32,000 nt of DNA from Desulfocapsa sulfexigens DSM 10523 (GCF_000341395.1 NC_020304.1:2580001-2612000); one strand, 5' to 3'. Positions 17,020 through 26,194 are shown, counted from the stretch's first letter. A program made the numbers and translations. Notes: generated from the sequence alone by a model not told the origin.

Positions 17020-17604
17020 ATGAAACGAATTGCTTTGTTGTCTTTTATCTCCCTCTTATCCGTCGTACTTTCCAGTTGCGGCTATAACAGTCTGCAGATC
17101 CAGGAAGAGGGCGTCTTTAAGGCATGGGCTGATGTGGAATCCACCCTGCAGCGGCGTGCTGATCTTATTCCGAATCTGGTGGAAACGGTTAAAGGCTACG
17201 CAAAACATGAGCAGGAAACATTACAGGCCGTAATTGATGCCAGATCAAAGGCCAGTTCGGTGCAGATTGCAGCAAAGGATTTAAATAATCCTGCAGTAAT
17301 GCAGCAATTTCAGGCGGCCCAGGGAGGCTTGACTGCTGCCCTGTCAAAATTGATGGTGGTGGTTGAGCGTTATCCTGACCTCAAGGCCAATCAGAATTTT
17401 CTGGATCTCCAGAATCAACTGGAAGGGACGGAGAATCGTATTAATGTCGCCCGGCAACGCTATAACACCGCTGTTTCCAGTTTTAATGGTGCAATTCGCA
17501 AGTTTCCTCAGAGTTTGACCAATAAGTTTTTGCTCCATCTTGAACGTAAGGAGTATTTCAAAGCGGAAGAGGGTGCAAAGGTCGCGCCAAAGGTAACATT
17601 CTAA
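17020..17604 (+). CDS. lemA: LemA family lipoprotein
   Basis: ATG 17020 follows GGAG (17011-17014). [20 protein letters not shown] has a lipobox. NSLQ..EE.V...W..VE...[21 protein letters not shown] and ERYPDLKAN match the LemA pattern. Confidence 0.9.
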   Translation: MKRIALLSFISLLSVVLSSCGYNSLQIQEEGVFKAWADVESTLQRRADLIPNLVETVKGYAKHEQETLQAVIDARSKASSVQIAAKDLNNPAVMQQFQAAQGGLTAALSKLMVVVERYPDLKANQNFLDLQNQLEGTENRINVARQRYNTAVSSFNGAIRKFPQSLTNKFLLHLERKEYFKAEEGAKVAPKVTF

Positions 17605-17607
17605 GCT

Positions 17608-18486
17608 ATGGTAGCGGTTCAGAAGTTTCTTAAAAGAGAGCTGCTTATAGTCCTCCTGTCCATGACTGTGCTGTTCTTTCAGGTAGCTCCCCTTGCTGCT
17701 CTTGAAGTTCCCCCCCTTGGACGTCGGGTAAATGACACTGCCCAGATGCTTTCTGCGCAGACCAGGGCAGATCTCGAGACCCTGCTTACAGGTTTTGAAG
17801 CCACTGACTCGACCCAAATAGTTGTGCTCACGATTCCTTCCCTTGAGGGTGAAGTCCTGGAGGAGTATTCCCTGCGGGTAGTAGAGGCATGGAAAATTGG
17901 TCAGAAAGGATTCGACAACGGGGCGTTGCTTCTTATTGCACGGGATGAACGGAAGCTGCGTATTGAGGTCGGTTACGGACTGGAAGGGAGCCTGACAGAT
18001 CTTGTCGCGGGCCGTATAATAGGTGGCGTTATTGTACCGCGGTTTAAAGAGGGTAATTATGATCAGGGGATACACGACGGGGTGACGGCAATGGTTGCCG
18101 CTGTGAAGGGGGAGTTTGTTGCCAGTGCAGCAAACACAAAAGCCGTGAACGACAGTGATCCTGCAGGACTGATATTTTTGTTGATATTTGGTTTTTCGTT
18201 TATTGGACGGGTGTTGCATAAGAACAAAAAGGTGGCTGCTGTTGTTGGAGGTATAGGGTCCCCCGTCCTTGGTCTGATGTTTCTGCCACAGCTGGGTTTT
18301 TGGCTACTGGCTCTAATCCCACTCGGAGCTCTTGCCGGTCTGTTTGTCAGTTCTCTTTCCGCTGGCAGTGGTGGCGGTTTTTATGCGGGAGGAGGTGGTT
18401 TCGGCCGCTCATCCGGCGGTTTTGGAGGAGGATTCAGTGGTGGTGGCGGTGGTTTTGGTGGCGGTGGTGCCTCTGGAGGATGGTAG
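17608..18486 (+). CDS. TPM-domain protein (YgcG-like) with TM segments and a Gly-rich C-terminal tail
   Basis: VNDTAQMLS...TDSTQIVVLTIPSLEGEVLEEYS...W.IGQKGFDNGALLLIARDERKLRIEVGYGLEGSLTD is the TPM/YgcG core. The C-terminus is GGGFGRSSGGFGGGFSGGGGGFGGGGASGGW. The gene starts 3 nt after the lemA stop. Confidence 0.85.
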   Translation: MVAVQKFLKRELLIVLLSMTVLFFQVAPLAALEVPPLGRRVNDTAQMLSAQTRADLETLLTGFEATDSTQIVVLTIPSLEGEVLEEYSLRVVEAWKIGQKGFDNGALLLIARDERKLRIEVGYGLEGSLTDLVAGRIIGGVIVPRFKEGNYDQGIHDGVTAMVAAVKGEFVASAANTKAVNDSDPAGLIFLLIFGFSFIGRVLHKNKKVAAVVGGIGSPVLGLMFLPQLGFWLLALIPLGALAGLFVSSLSAGSGGGFYAGGGGFGRSSGGFGGGFSGGGGGFGGGGASGGW

Positions 18487-18488
18487 CG

Positions 18489-19145
18489 ATGAAAACTCAA
18501 TCCATGGCGCAGAAATTTTTCAGTGCTGATGAGCAAAAACAGATCTCCGATGCAGTGCATCTGGCAGAGTTGAAAACTTCGGGAGAACTTGTCCCCATGC
18601 TGGTGTGTGAGAGTCATTCCTATCCTCTCGCTGCAGTCAGGGGAGGAACCCTTGTTGCCTCAATTGGAGCCCTTCTAGGAAGTCCCATGGTTGCCAGACA
18701 GTTTTGGCTGGAACCGACTAATGTGTGGGTATTCCTAGCATTGTTTGTTCCGCTGTTCCTGCTGACGCATTTTCTCATCAAAATTTTTCCAGGCTTGAAG
18801 CGTTGGTTTCTTTCCAGTAGTGAAAAGGATGAAGAAGTTCAGAATTCTGCGTTTGCAGCTTTTTTTACTGAGAAACTCTATAAAACAAAGGATGCAAATG
18901 GCATTCTGATCTATATTTCACTTTTAGAGCGTCGTGCCTGGATAATTGCAGACAGTGGTATCAATAAACGTATTCCGCAGGAAAAATGGCAGGATGCTGT
19001 TGCGGTGATTACCGATGGAATACGAAGAAAGGAGCAGTGCCAGGCTCTCTGTAAGGCCATTGCAATGGTTGGTGACATTTTGGAAAAGGAGTTTCCAATA
19101 CAGGATGATGACAGGAACGAACTGCATAATCTGATTATTTGTTAA
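18489..19145 (+). CDS. Second TPM/DUF477-like protein (218 aa)
   Basis: I moved the start to ATG 18489 (MKTQSMAQKFFSADEQKQISDAVHLAELKTSGELVPMLV...), 2 nt after the preceding stop. The longer track ORF is an out-of-frame read of the Gly-rich repeat. Family membership is recalled from the F..e...I..ai..aE..TSGEi motif. Confidence 0.7.
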   Translation: MKTQSMAQKFFSADEQKQISDAVHLAELKTSGELVPMLVCESHSYPLAAVRGGTLVASIGALLGSPMVARQFWLEPTNVWVFLALFVPLFLLTHFLIKIFPGLKRWFLSSSEKDEEVQNSAFAAFFTEKLYKTKDANGILIYISLLERRAWIIADSGINKRIPQEKWQDAVAVITDGIRRKEQCQALCKAIAMVGDILEKEFPIQDDDRNELHNLIIC

Positions 19146-19148
19146 TTG

Positions 19149-20126
19149 TTACAGAGTGAAAACAAAGTAGATACAACCCATTAGCATTAAACTTCCAACA
19201 CGAAATATCTGACTGTAGACTATCAGTTCTGCAGCCATTCGCGGTTGAAAAATTCCGGCGTAATAGGGAAACTGATGCCGGATTGCCCGTACCGGAGAAG
19301 ACAGTACATTTCCGACCAGTAGGGCGAGAACCACTTCCCGGTAATCCATACTTCCCTCCTGGAGGAGAGCTCCAGCTACAGCGAGTCCTGCGGTAAATTC
19401 GGCAGCAATATGGAGGGTTATTATGCCCATGGACTGTGGGGTCAGCCAGGGAAGGAAGGAGAGATAATCAGCCATACCTGCTTCAAGAGCATCGAATATT
19501 CCGACACGGTGCATAATAAAAATAAGTATATAGATGGGTACGGTATAGTGAATGATTTTCCGTATTCGTTTTTTGAATCGTTTCCAGCTTTTTTCTAAGG
19601 CTCCTTTCCAGTTAATCATTGTGTTTTTCTGGGTCTCGGTTTCCGCTTGCTGCGTTTTCGGGTGCTCGACGGCGGGAAGGAGAAATCGGCTCAGTATGAC
19701 AATCGAAACAGTTCTGAAAATTGCAGCTCCAAAGGTGAGCCCCACATATATGATTGCAGCACCCTTAATAAGTGGAGCTGTTATGAAAAATACTGTGGGC
19801 AGATGGAGAAAATAGGTTGGCAGGCTGTTAAAGAGGTTGGAAAGGATGAGTTCCTTCTTCACAATAGTTTTTTTCTCATACGCTTCAGAGAGCATGGTGT
19901 TTGCCGACACTCCTGAAAATAAAGCCATAGAGAATGAAGCACCAGCTGTCTCTGAAAGATTACCTAATCTGATAAGAGGACGCGACAGAGCAGCTATTTT
20001 ACTGGTCCAGTTAAGAGACTCGATGAAATTTGCAACGAGCAGGCCAACGGAGATAAAAAAGATCAGGCGAATAAGAGGCCAGATAAGGCTTGGCCAAAGT
20101 TGTGGAAGGATATCTGCAAATTGCAT
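19149..20126 (-). CDS. Polytopic membrane protein, nucleoside-recognition (Gate) domain-like
   Basis: The protein is 325 aa and hydrophobic throughout. Its N-terminal region, FIESLNWTSKIAALSRPLIRLGNLSETAGASFSMALFSGVSANTMLSEAY, resembles Gate-domain proteins. The call is made from memory. Confidence 0.5.
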   Translation of the reverse strand: MQFADILPQLWPSLIWPLIRLIFFISVGLLVANFIESLNWTSKIAALSRPLIRLGNLSETAGASFSMALFSGVSANTMLSEAYEKKTIVKKELILSNLFNSLPTYFLHLPTVFFITAPLIKGAAIIYVGLTFGAAIFRTVSIVILSRFLLPAVEHPKTQQAETETQKNTMINWKGALEKSWKRFKKRIRKIIHYTVPIYILIFIMHRVGIFDALEAGMADYLSFLPWLTPQSMGIITLHIAAEFTAGLAVAGALLQEGSMDYREVVLALLVGNVLSSPVRAIRHQFPYYAGIFQPRMAAELIVYSQIFRVGSLMLMGCIYFVFTL

Positions 20127-20187
20127 GGAGATCGTAAGATGACGGCTTGGGTTGATGACAGGAACGAAGGTTGAATGTAAAAATCCA

Positions 20188-20256
20188 TGTATGAGATGTC
20201 TCCTGCCAAATGGCCACGCCAGGCTGTGGATTATTTGGCGGGAGACATCTCATACA
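20188..20256 (-). repeat. 24-bp inverted repeat (long hairpin), possibly the terminator of the upstream SBP gene
   Basis: TGTATGAGATGTCTCCTGCCAAAT (20188-20211) pairs with ATTTGGCGGGAGACATCTCATACA (20233-20256), with a single T:G at 20204/20240. The 21-nt loop contains CCAC...GTGG. On the minus strand the stem is followed by TGGATTTTTAC. Confidence 0.6.
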
Positions 20257-20285
20257 CTACTTTACCATGACTTTTTACAGATAAA

Positions 20286-21197
20286 TCACTCGGCGGCTGC
20301 AGGCAATCCCTCTCGGCTTCCCATCAGGAGACTGCCAATTTTTTCTTTTTCGTAGGCATCTTGAGTCTTCAGGTATTGATCATGTTCTTGAGAGCGGATA
20401 TTGGAATCCCTGTTGTAAAACCTGGATCGTTTTTCGATAAGCGTTTTCCAATCTTCGAAATGTTTGTAGAAAAGTTTCTCAACGGTTCCGTCTTTCACCA
20501 GGCGGTAGAGTTTTTTGTTAATGGCGGGCATCTGCACTGCCATGGGGGACTGCTTTGAAATAGTGATATGAAAAGCCTGGGTGGTGACTGGAGGTTCAAG
20601 AATAGAGATGGCATCTTCACCTTGAAGGAGCCTTGCATAGATAAGGGCGGTGTAGAGATCCACAATCAGATAGTCGGCTTCTCCACGGTTAAGGAGCTCT
20701 ATTGCACGTTCAAAGGCAATAAATTGTACACTCAGCTTATTTTTGATAAAGGTATCAAATTCCTGACCATAGCTTTCTCCAATATTAGAAACACCTTTTT
20801 TGCCAATGAGTGATTCCCAGCGGCCAAAAGGAAATTCCTTACCCTTTTCCACGACAATGACGGTGTGTTGTTGAAGATAGGGCATGGAAAAAAACATGTA
20901 TTCTGCACGCGCATCATTCTTGTAGGCGGAGACTATCATGTCGATCTCTCCATTTTTACATTTGTCCTGAACCTGCTGCCAGTCGCCCTCTACCCTAAGG
21001 TCGTAGTTGAGTTGCAGTTCTGTCAGGATTGCTTGAGCAATGTCTGGTCCAATTCCGGTGAGCGTATTATATTGCTCCCATACGACAGGTGGGGCCTTGG
21101 GGTTACCAGAAATAATGAAGGTTTCTGTCGCAGAGCTGTCTGATGCTGCAAGGCAGAAGAGAGTCATACAGAAGAGAAGCGAAAGAAAGTTTTTCAT
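20286..21197 (-). CDS. Periplasmic substrate-binding protein, SBP_bac_3 (amino-acid/polar solute type), orphan
   Basis: It has a signal peptide, MKNFLSLLFCMTLFCLAASDSSA. PPVVWEQ...GIGPDI ... IDMIVSAY ... ADYLIVDLYTA are typical family-3 SBP elements. No permease or ATPase gene is adjacent. Confidence 0.7.
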   Translation of the reverse strand: MKNFLSLLFCMTLFCLAASDSSATETFIISGNPKAPPVVWEQYNTLTGIGPDIAQAILTELQLNYDLRVEGDWQQVQDKCKNGEIDMIVSAYKNDARAEYMFFSMPYLQQHTVIVVEKGKEFPFGRWESLIGKKGVSNIGESYGQEFDTFIKNKLSVQFIAFERAIELLNRGEADYLIVDLYTALIYARLLQGEDAISILEPPVTTQAFHITISKQSPMAVQMPAINKKLYRLVKDGTVEKLFYKHFEDWKTLIEKRSRFYNRDSNIRSQEHDQYLKTQDAYEKEKIGSLLMGSREGLPAAAE

Positions 21198-21304
21198 AAT
21201 ATTTTGGTTCCTTATGAGAAAAAGTTCAACAGATAAATAGTTGTTCTTAAGGTGATTAGAGGTTGAATGGTAATCGGTTTTGCAAAAACTGCAAATGCTT
21301 CCAG

Positions 21305-23164
21305 TTAAAGTGAAAGATCATGGATCAGGCAATGGGCATAGAGCCCCTTTGGGTCGTTGAGTAACATGATTTCGCTAACTGGGTCTATCAGGTCGTTAAA
21401 CGCTGCCAGAATGACAGGAGGGATCATTGCAGCAAGGCTTCTTGTGAAGGATCCGGAGAATATCTGGAAGAATTCTTCCTTAACCGACAGGGGGCGGTGG
21501 ATATAGGATGCGGTATATTCTTCGAGCCCGGCAAGGCCAGCAGCAGAGTCAATGGCATTGTCGAGTGTACCAAGGTTATCGACAAGGCCAAGTTTAACTG
21601 CTTTCTGCCCGTCAAAGACTCTCCCTTCTGCGATGGTATGTATGGTCTCCGGAGCGATGGTCCGCCCCTTGGAAACAATATTTAAGAATGTTTCATAGCC
21701 ATGACGAAGATTGATTTCTATGGCTTCCTTCAGAAGGGGGGAGAGAGGTCGGGTAATATCAAGTGCTGCTGCCAGGCTTGTTGTTCCCACGCCGTCGCTG
21801 TAAATCCCAAGGTCTGAGAGTGAGTTCTCAAAGGTGGGAATGGCTGCAAAAATCCCAATGGAGCCGGTGAGTGTAACGGGTGATGCCCATATCTCATCGG
21901 CATCGGCTGCGATCCAGTAGCCACCGGAGGCAGCCATGGCACCCATGGAGATCACAAGTGGTTTTCCTGTTTTTTTGTATTCAAGGATTTCCTGGCGGAT
22001 GAGTTCCGATGCAAAGACAGAACCGCCACCGGAAACAATACGAATCACCAACCCCTTTATTCTACTGTTTTCACGGGCCTGTCGTAGAAGTTCGATCATT
22101 GTGTCACCGCCAATCATTCCAACCGGTTGCTTGCCGCTCAAAATGGCTCCTTCTGCGATGATAATACCGATGGTACCAGCAGCATCAGGAGCGTCGGTAT
22201 AAGAGCGGGAGACAGTGGCGAGATAATTGTTGAATGGAATGTGTCTAAAGTCACCCTTTTCATTTTTACCACTGAGTGTTGTGAGAAACAGACGAAGTTC
22301 TTCACGGGTTTTTAAACCGTCAACCAGCCCTGATTCCAGGGCAAGTCGGGCAGAATCTCCACCGGCCGTCGCCAGTTCCGATGCTATGTTCTCAGTATAT
22401 TTTTGAATACTGTCCTGACTGAGATTCCGTTCCCTGATGATATCCGTGGTGATGGTATTCCAAAGTGCCGTGAGCCAGGTCATATTCTGAGATCGTGCTT
22501 CAGTTGACATGGAATTGCGCATGACGGGCTCAAGGGCAGATTTGAAGGTTCCAACACGAAAAATATTGTAGTTAATTTTAAGATTGTCGATGGCATCTTT
22601 AAAGAAAAGACGAAAGGTGCCGAGACCATGCAAGTCAACGCCACCCATGGGGTTGAGGTATATCTCATCGGCAAAGCTTGCAAGGTAATACGCTTTTTGC
22701 TGGTAGAAATCTTCGGCAGCGATGACTTTTTTTCCACTGGCTTTAAAAGCGTTTAATGCGTCACCTATGGTCTGGAGTTGATTAAGTCCTACTGAACCAA
22801 GTTCACCGAGATCAAGGAGGATACAGGTAACCCGGTCATCATTGGCGGCGGCTGCAATCACATCAAGGATATCTTGAAAAAGGGTTTCCGATGGAATGGT
22901 GTCAAATCCAATTTTCTCATTTATCAGTGTGGCAATGGGGTCACTTACCTGTTTTTCCTCAACAATGTCACCGGATAGACTGAGCACAAGGGCTCCGCTT
23001 TCTGAAATTTTCACCTCTTTTTCTGTCGTACTGGAGGTGAGTGAGACGAACAGGAATACCAGTAGAGCAAGAAAGGCAATGTTCAGAGTGAAGATACGGA
23101 TACCTGTGATGAATTTGCCAATCCAGCGGAAAATATTTAAAATAGAACTTATTAGATCTTTCAT
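21305..23164 (-). CDS. sppA: Signal peptide peptidase SppA, 67K type (two S49 domains)
   Basis: It has an N-terminal TM segment and two ClpP/S49 repeats (VTCILLDLGELGS...; GLVIRIVSGGGSVFASE...SMGAMAASGGYWIA). The start is uncertain: ATG 23164 is chosen over the track's TTG 23230. Confidence 0.88.
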   Translation of the reverse strand: MKDLISSILNIFRWIGKFITGIRIFTLNIAFLALLVFLFVSLTSSTTEKEVKISESGALVLSLSGDIVEEKQVSDPIATLINEKIGFDTIPSETLFQDILDVIAAAANDDRVTCILLDLGELGSVGLNQLQTIGDALNAFKASGKKVIAAEDFYQQKAYYLASFADEIYLNPMGGVDLHGLGTFRLFFKDAIDNLKINYNIFRVGTFKSALEPVMRNSMSTEARSQNMTWLTALWNTITTDIIRERNLSQDSIQKYTENIASELATAGGDSARLALESGLVDGLKTREELRLFLTTLSGKNEKGDFRHIPFNNYLATVSRSYTDAPDAAGTIGIIIAEGAILSGKQPVGMIGGDTMIELLRQARENSRIKGLVIRIVSGGGSVFASELIRQEILEYKKTGKPLVISMGAMAASGGYWIAADADEIWASPVTLTGSIGIFAAIPTFENSLSDLGIYSDGVGTTSLAAALDITRPLSPLLKEAIEINLRHGYETFLNIVSKGRTIAPETIHTIAEGRVFDGQKAVKLGLVDNLGTLDNAIDSAAGLAGLEEYTASYIHRPLSVKEEFFQIFSGSFTRSLAAMIPPVILAAFNDLIDPVSEIMLLNDPKGLYAHCLIHDLSL

Positions 23165-23273
23165 GAGAGTATATGTTGTCCAGTGAAGAGCTTTTGAAAA
23201 GGTGAATGTATGTCCCCGAATTTGAGACAATAGTAATCATTCTACCGGAAGTAAACAGACTTTTCCGTATGGG

Positions 23274-24353
23274 TCAAAAAAAAGGGAGATCCAGCTGCAC
23301 AGGTATCTTTAGGGATGTGTTGGTGAGATTTGAAAGACTGATGCCAAGAAGGCGAATTTTTACTTTTCCAGCATCCGTTGTCTCAAGAAGTTGTCGAGTG
23401 CACTTCATTATTTCATCGACACTGTTGATTGGAATCGAATGGGTACAGGATCGTGTTACGGTGGTGAAATTGTGATAGCGAACCTTCAGGGTAACGGTAG
23501 TTGCGCCACAGCTTTTATTCTGGAGGCCCTGTTCTACTTTGAGTGCAAGGTCTCTGAGGATTTTCTCTATCTCATCTATATCATCAATATCTGAATGAAA
23601 GGTGGTTTCGGTTCCAATTGATTTACGTCCCTTTTGTGATTCCACCGGGCGATTGTCCACACCTCGGGCAATATCATGGAAAAACGCTCCAGCTTTTCCA
23701 AAGAAACGTATGAGCTGAGCTTTGTCGAAGCGGAGAATGTCCCGGCCATAATGAATTCCCAGTGAATGCATTTTTTTCTCAGTCACCCTGCCAACACCGA
23801 AGAATTTCCCGATAGGCAGCGTATCAAGGAGTGACCTTGCCTCATCGATTGGTATAACCGTCAGGCCATCAGGTTTCTTCATGTCGGATGCAACTTTGGC
23901 TAGAAATTTGTTGTAGGAAACCCCTGCGGAACAGGTCAGACCCACTTCGTGAAAAACCCGGCTCCGTATCTCTTCAGCAGTTTCAGCGGCAGCTTCCATG
24001 GTTTCGTGGTTTGAAGAAATATCGAGAAAGGCTTCATCAAGGGAGAGTGGCTCAATGAACGGTGAGTATCTCTTGAATATTTCCATAATCTGTATGGAGA
24101 CCTCTTTGTAACGCTCCTTTCGTGGGCGGACAAAGAGGGCATGGGGGCAGAGTTTAACCGCCCTGGCAGCTGAGAGTGCAGACCGTATCCCAAACTTTCT
24201 CGCCTCATAGGAGCATGCTGCCACCACACCACGTCCCTCGGGATTTCCACCTACAATGAGGGGGCGGCCGCCATACTTGGGATTGTCCATCTGTTCCACC
24301 GAGGCAAAGAACGCATCCATGTCAATATGGAGTATGTAACGGTTCTCAGTCAT
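23274..24353 (-). CDS. dinB: DNA polymerase IV (Y-family)
   Basis: ILHIDMDAFFASVEQ, SYEARKFGI, IEPLSLDEAFLD and the little-finger region are all present. Confidence 0.95.
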   Translation of the reverse strand: MTENRYILHIDMDAFFASVEQMDNPKYGGRPLIVGGNPEGRGVVAACSYEARKFGIRSALSAARAVKLCPHALFVRPRKERYKEVSIQIMEIFKRYSPFIEPLSLDEAFLDISSNHETMEAAAETAEEIRSRVFHEVGLTCSAGVSYNKFLAKVASDMKKPDGLTVIPIDEARSLLDTLPIGKFFGVGRVTEKKMHSLGIHYGRDILRFDKAQLIRFFGKAGAFFHDIARGVDNRPVESQKGRKSIGTETTFHSDIDDIDEIEKILRDLALKVEQGLQNKSCGATTVTLKVRYHNFTTVTRSCTHSIPINSVDEIMKCTRQLLETTDAGKVKIRLLGISLSNLTNTSLKIPVQLDLPFF

Positions 24354-24395
24354 AAAAGAATAAAAAAAGTGGAAAGAAAAGATAATGATATTGGG

Positions 24396-24404
24396 TGTTA
24401 TAAT
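24396..24404 (+). promoter_or_regulatory. Extended -10 element (TGtTATAAT) facing the Crp/Fnr gene
   Basis: TGT TATAAT lies at 24396-24404, about 150 nt upstream of ATG 24558. No good -35 is present, which is compatible with an extended -10 promoter. This is a motif match only. Confidence 0.3.
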
Positions 24405-24428
24405 ATGCTACAGTGTAACTGATGTGAA
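24400..24428 (-). promoter_or_regulatory. Candidate dinB promoter with an operator-like palindrome in the spacer
   Basis: On the minus strand: TTCACA (24428-24423), a 17-nt spacer, then TATTAT (24405-24400), about 45 nt upstream of the dinB ATG. The spacer TCAGTTACACTGTAGCA contains CAGT-N3-ACTG. Confidence 0.35.
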
Positions 24429-24557
24429 GGATATCTTGAAAAATTGCCTTTTCCCCCCAACTCTTCGGTGCGTGAAAAATTGTATCGAAACGAGAATACT
24501 GATTTTGCAAGACCCCTGAAGTTTTTTAAGAGGATGTTTTTTTATGGAGAGTAGTGA

Positions 24558-25217
24558 ATGCGTGAGATATTAGCAAGTAGTGAATTGTTTGGTGGGCTTT
24601 CTTCAGAACATCTGGATGAGATAGAGAAAATTGCTGTGATCAAACAGTATGGTCGCGGAGAGTCAATTTTTTTTGAGGGTGATCCAGGAACCGGTTTCTA
24701 CATGGTGGCAACCGGCCGGGTGAAAATTTTCAAGACATCCATTTCAGGTAAAGAACAGATATTACACATATTTGGTCCAGGAGAGCCCTTTGGTGAGGTT
24801 CCGGTTTTTCATGGCCAGCCTTTTCCCGCAAATGCAACAGCTCTTGAAAAGACAAGCCTGATCTTTTTCTCACGTCAAGCCTTTGTGGACATTGTGCATA
24901 CCATGCCCTCTCTTGTCATGAATATGCTAGCGGTCCTTTCCATGCGTCTGCGCCGTTTTACGACTCAGATTGAAAACCTTTCTTTAAAGGAGGTTCCTGC
25001 CCGGCTGGCGGGATACCTTCTCTATGTAGCTGAAGAACAGGGAAATGTTAAACAGGTAGAGTTGCAGATATCAAAGGGGCAGCTGGCAAGTTTGCTTGGA
25101 ACAATCCCTGAGACACTGTCCAGGATATTTGCAAAAATGAGTGAAGAGGGGTTGATCAGCGTGGATGGAAAAATGATCAGTCTCCTTGACCTAGAAGGTT
25201 TGGAGCAGAAGGAGTAG
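24558..25217 (+). CDS. Crp/Fnr family transcriptional regulator
   Basis: It has a cNMP-binding beta-barrel (GDPGTGFYMVATGRVKIFK...FGE) and a C-terminal HTH (ISKGQLASLLGTIPETLSRIFAKM). It lacks an N-terminal Cys cluster, so it is not a classical FNR. GGAG lies 6-8 nt upstream. Confidence 0.9.
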   Translation: MREILASSELFGGLSSEHLDEIEKIAVIKQYGRGESIFFEGDPGTGFYMVATGRVKIFKTSISGKEQILHIFGPGEPFGEVPVFHGQPFPANATALEKTSLIFFSRQAFVDIVHTMPSLVMNMLAVLSMRLRRFTTQIENLSLKEVPARLAGYLLYVAEEQGNVKQVELQISKGQLASLLGTIPETLSRIFAKMSEEGLISVDGKMISLLDLEGLEQKE

Positions 25218-26094
25218 TCCTGTCAACCTTTGCAAGCAATTGATGCTGTCGTTTTGGGGAAGTCTCAGAAGGAACAGGAGTCTCCTGGAGTTTGAAACTC
25301 CTCTTCATCGTAGCAACTGTAAGACGTGGCACGGGAGGAGGAAGAGTGCCACCAAAGAGCAGTGGTCGGAATGTGATAAATTGATAGCGTTTATCCTGAA
25401 CTACGACCACCGGGGGCGCATGGTGTCCCTCAAAGTAGTCGTACCCCTCCTTGATGTTCTCCCAGAAAGCAATCCATTTTGAATTCCTATGTGCAGCCAT
25501 TTTTTTCGGGGTCATCTTGAATGGGAAGATATGTACCGGTACCTGACTCTGTCCGGCAATAATGGCTGATTCCACAATGGCATAGATTTCATCCATGCGA
25601 AAATTGGTCATGGCAAAACAGCCAGCAGAAGAACAGCGGCCATGAATCATCAATAAACTGCCAGTGCGGTTATGACTTCTGTCATATTCGTTCGGGAAGC
25701 CGAGATTGAAGGAAAGGTGGTAACTGGAATTTGGATTCAACTGGTCTGCACCTACGGTATAGAATCCTTCCGGACTCTGTTTGTCTCCCTCTCGTATCTT
25801 TGGTCCAATATCCCCTGAATGGTGGCAAATGGAGTAGGATTTGAACAGAGTGTAAGTGAGTCCCTGTCGGATCCATACCTCCAGAGTTTTTTCCTGCTTG
25901 AAAATTCTGATAAAAACCGGATCACCCAGAGAGAGCCCTTTCTTTTGCATTGTCCGGATGAGTGTAGGGGCTACTCGTCGGTATGCGTTTTGTGATTTGT
26001 CACTGGAGGGGATCATACTTTCTGTAGCAAACCCTTGGGCAGCCAGAACGATGAGTGAAATGAGGAGAGTGAGTACCAATAAAGGGAATCGCAT
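25177..26094 (-). CDS. L,D-transpeptidase-fold (YkuD) protein, YafK-like
   Basis: I moved the start to ATG 26094 (signal peptide MRFPLLVLTLLISLIVLAAQGFA). GDKQSPEGFY and the catalytic region LMIHGRCSSAGCFAM (H...C) are present. Confidence 0.85.
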   Translation of the reverse strand: MRFPLLVLTLLISLIVLAAQGFATESMIPSSDKSQNAYRRVAPTLIRTMQKKGLSLGDPVFIRIFKQEKTLEVWIRQGLTYTLFKSYSICHHSGDIGPKIREGDKQSPEGFYTVGADQLNPNSSYHLSFNLGFPNEYDRSHNRTGSLLMIHGRCSSAGCFAMTNFRMDEIYAIVESAIIAGQSQVPVHIFPFKMTPKKMAAHRNSKWIAFWENIKEGYDYFEGHHAPPVVVVQDKRYQFITFRPLLFGGTLPPPVPRLTVATMKRSFKLQETPVPSETSPKRQHQLLAKVDRTTPSAPNLLGQGD

Positions 26095-26194
26095 TGTGAA
26101 AATAATCAAATTGATTTTTAAAACCAAGCACACGGCCGCTCAGTGGTGACATATTCTTAATCCTGATTACCATCGAAACTCAGCTTTGCAACCC

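Noticed and set aside
18300-18488. The Trp/Arg-rich N-terminal extension (WWRFLCGRRWFRPLIRRFWRRIQWWWRWFWW...) of track ORF 18300..19145.
   Set aside because: It is an out-of-frame reading of the GGN-repeat encoding the Gly-rich tail of the preceding TPM protein. The real start is ATG 18489.
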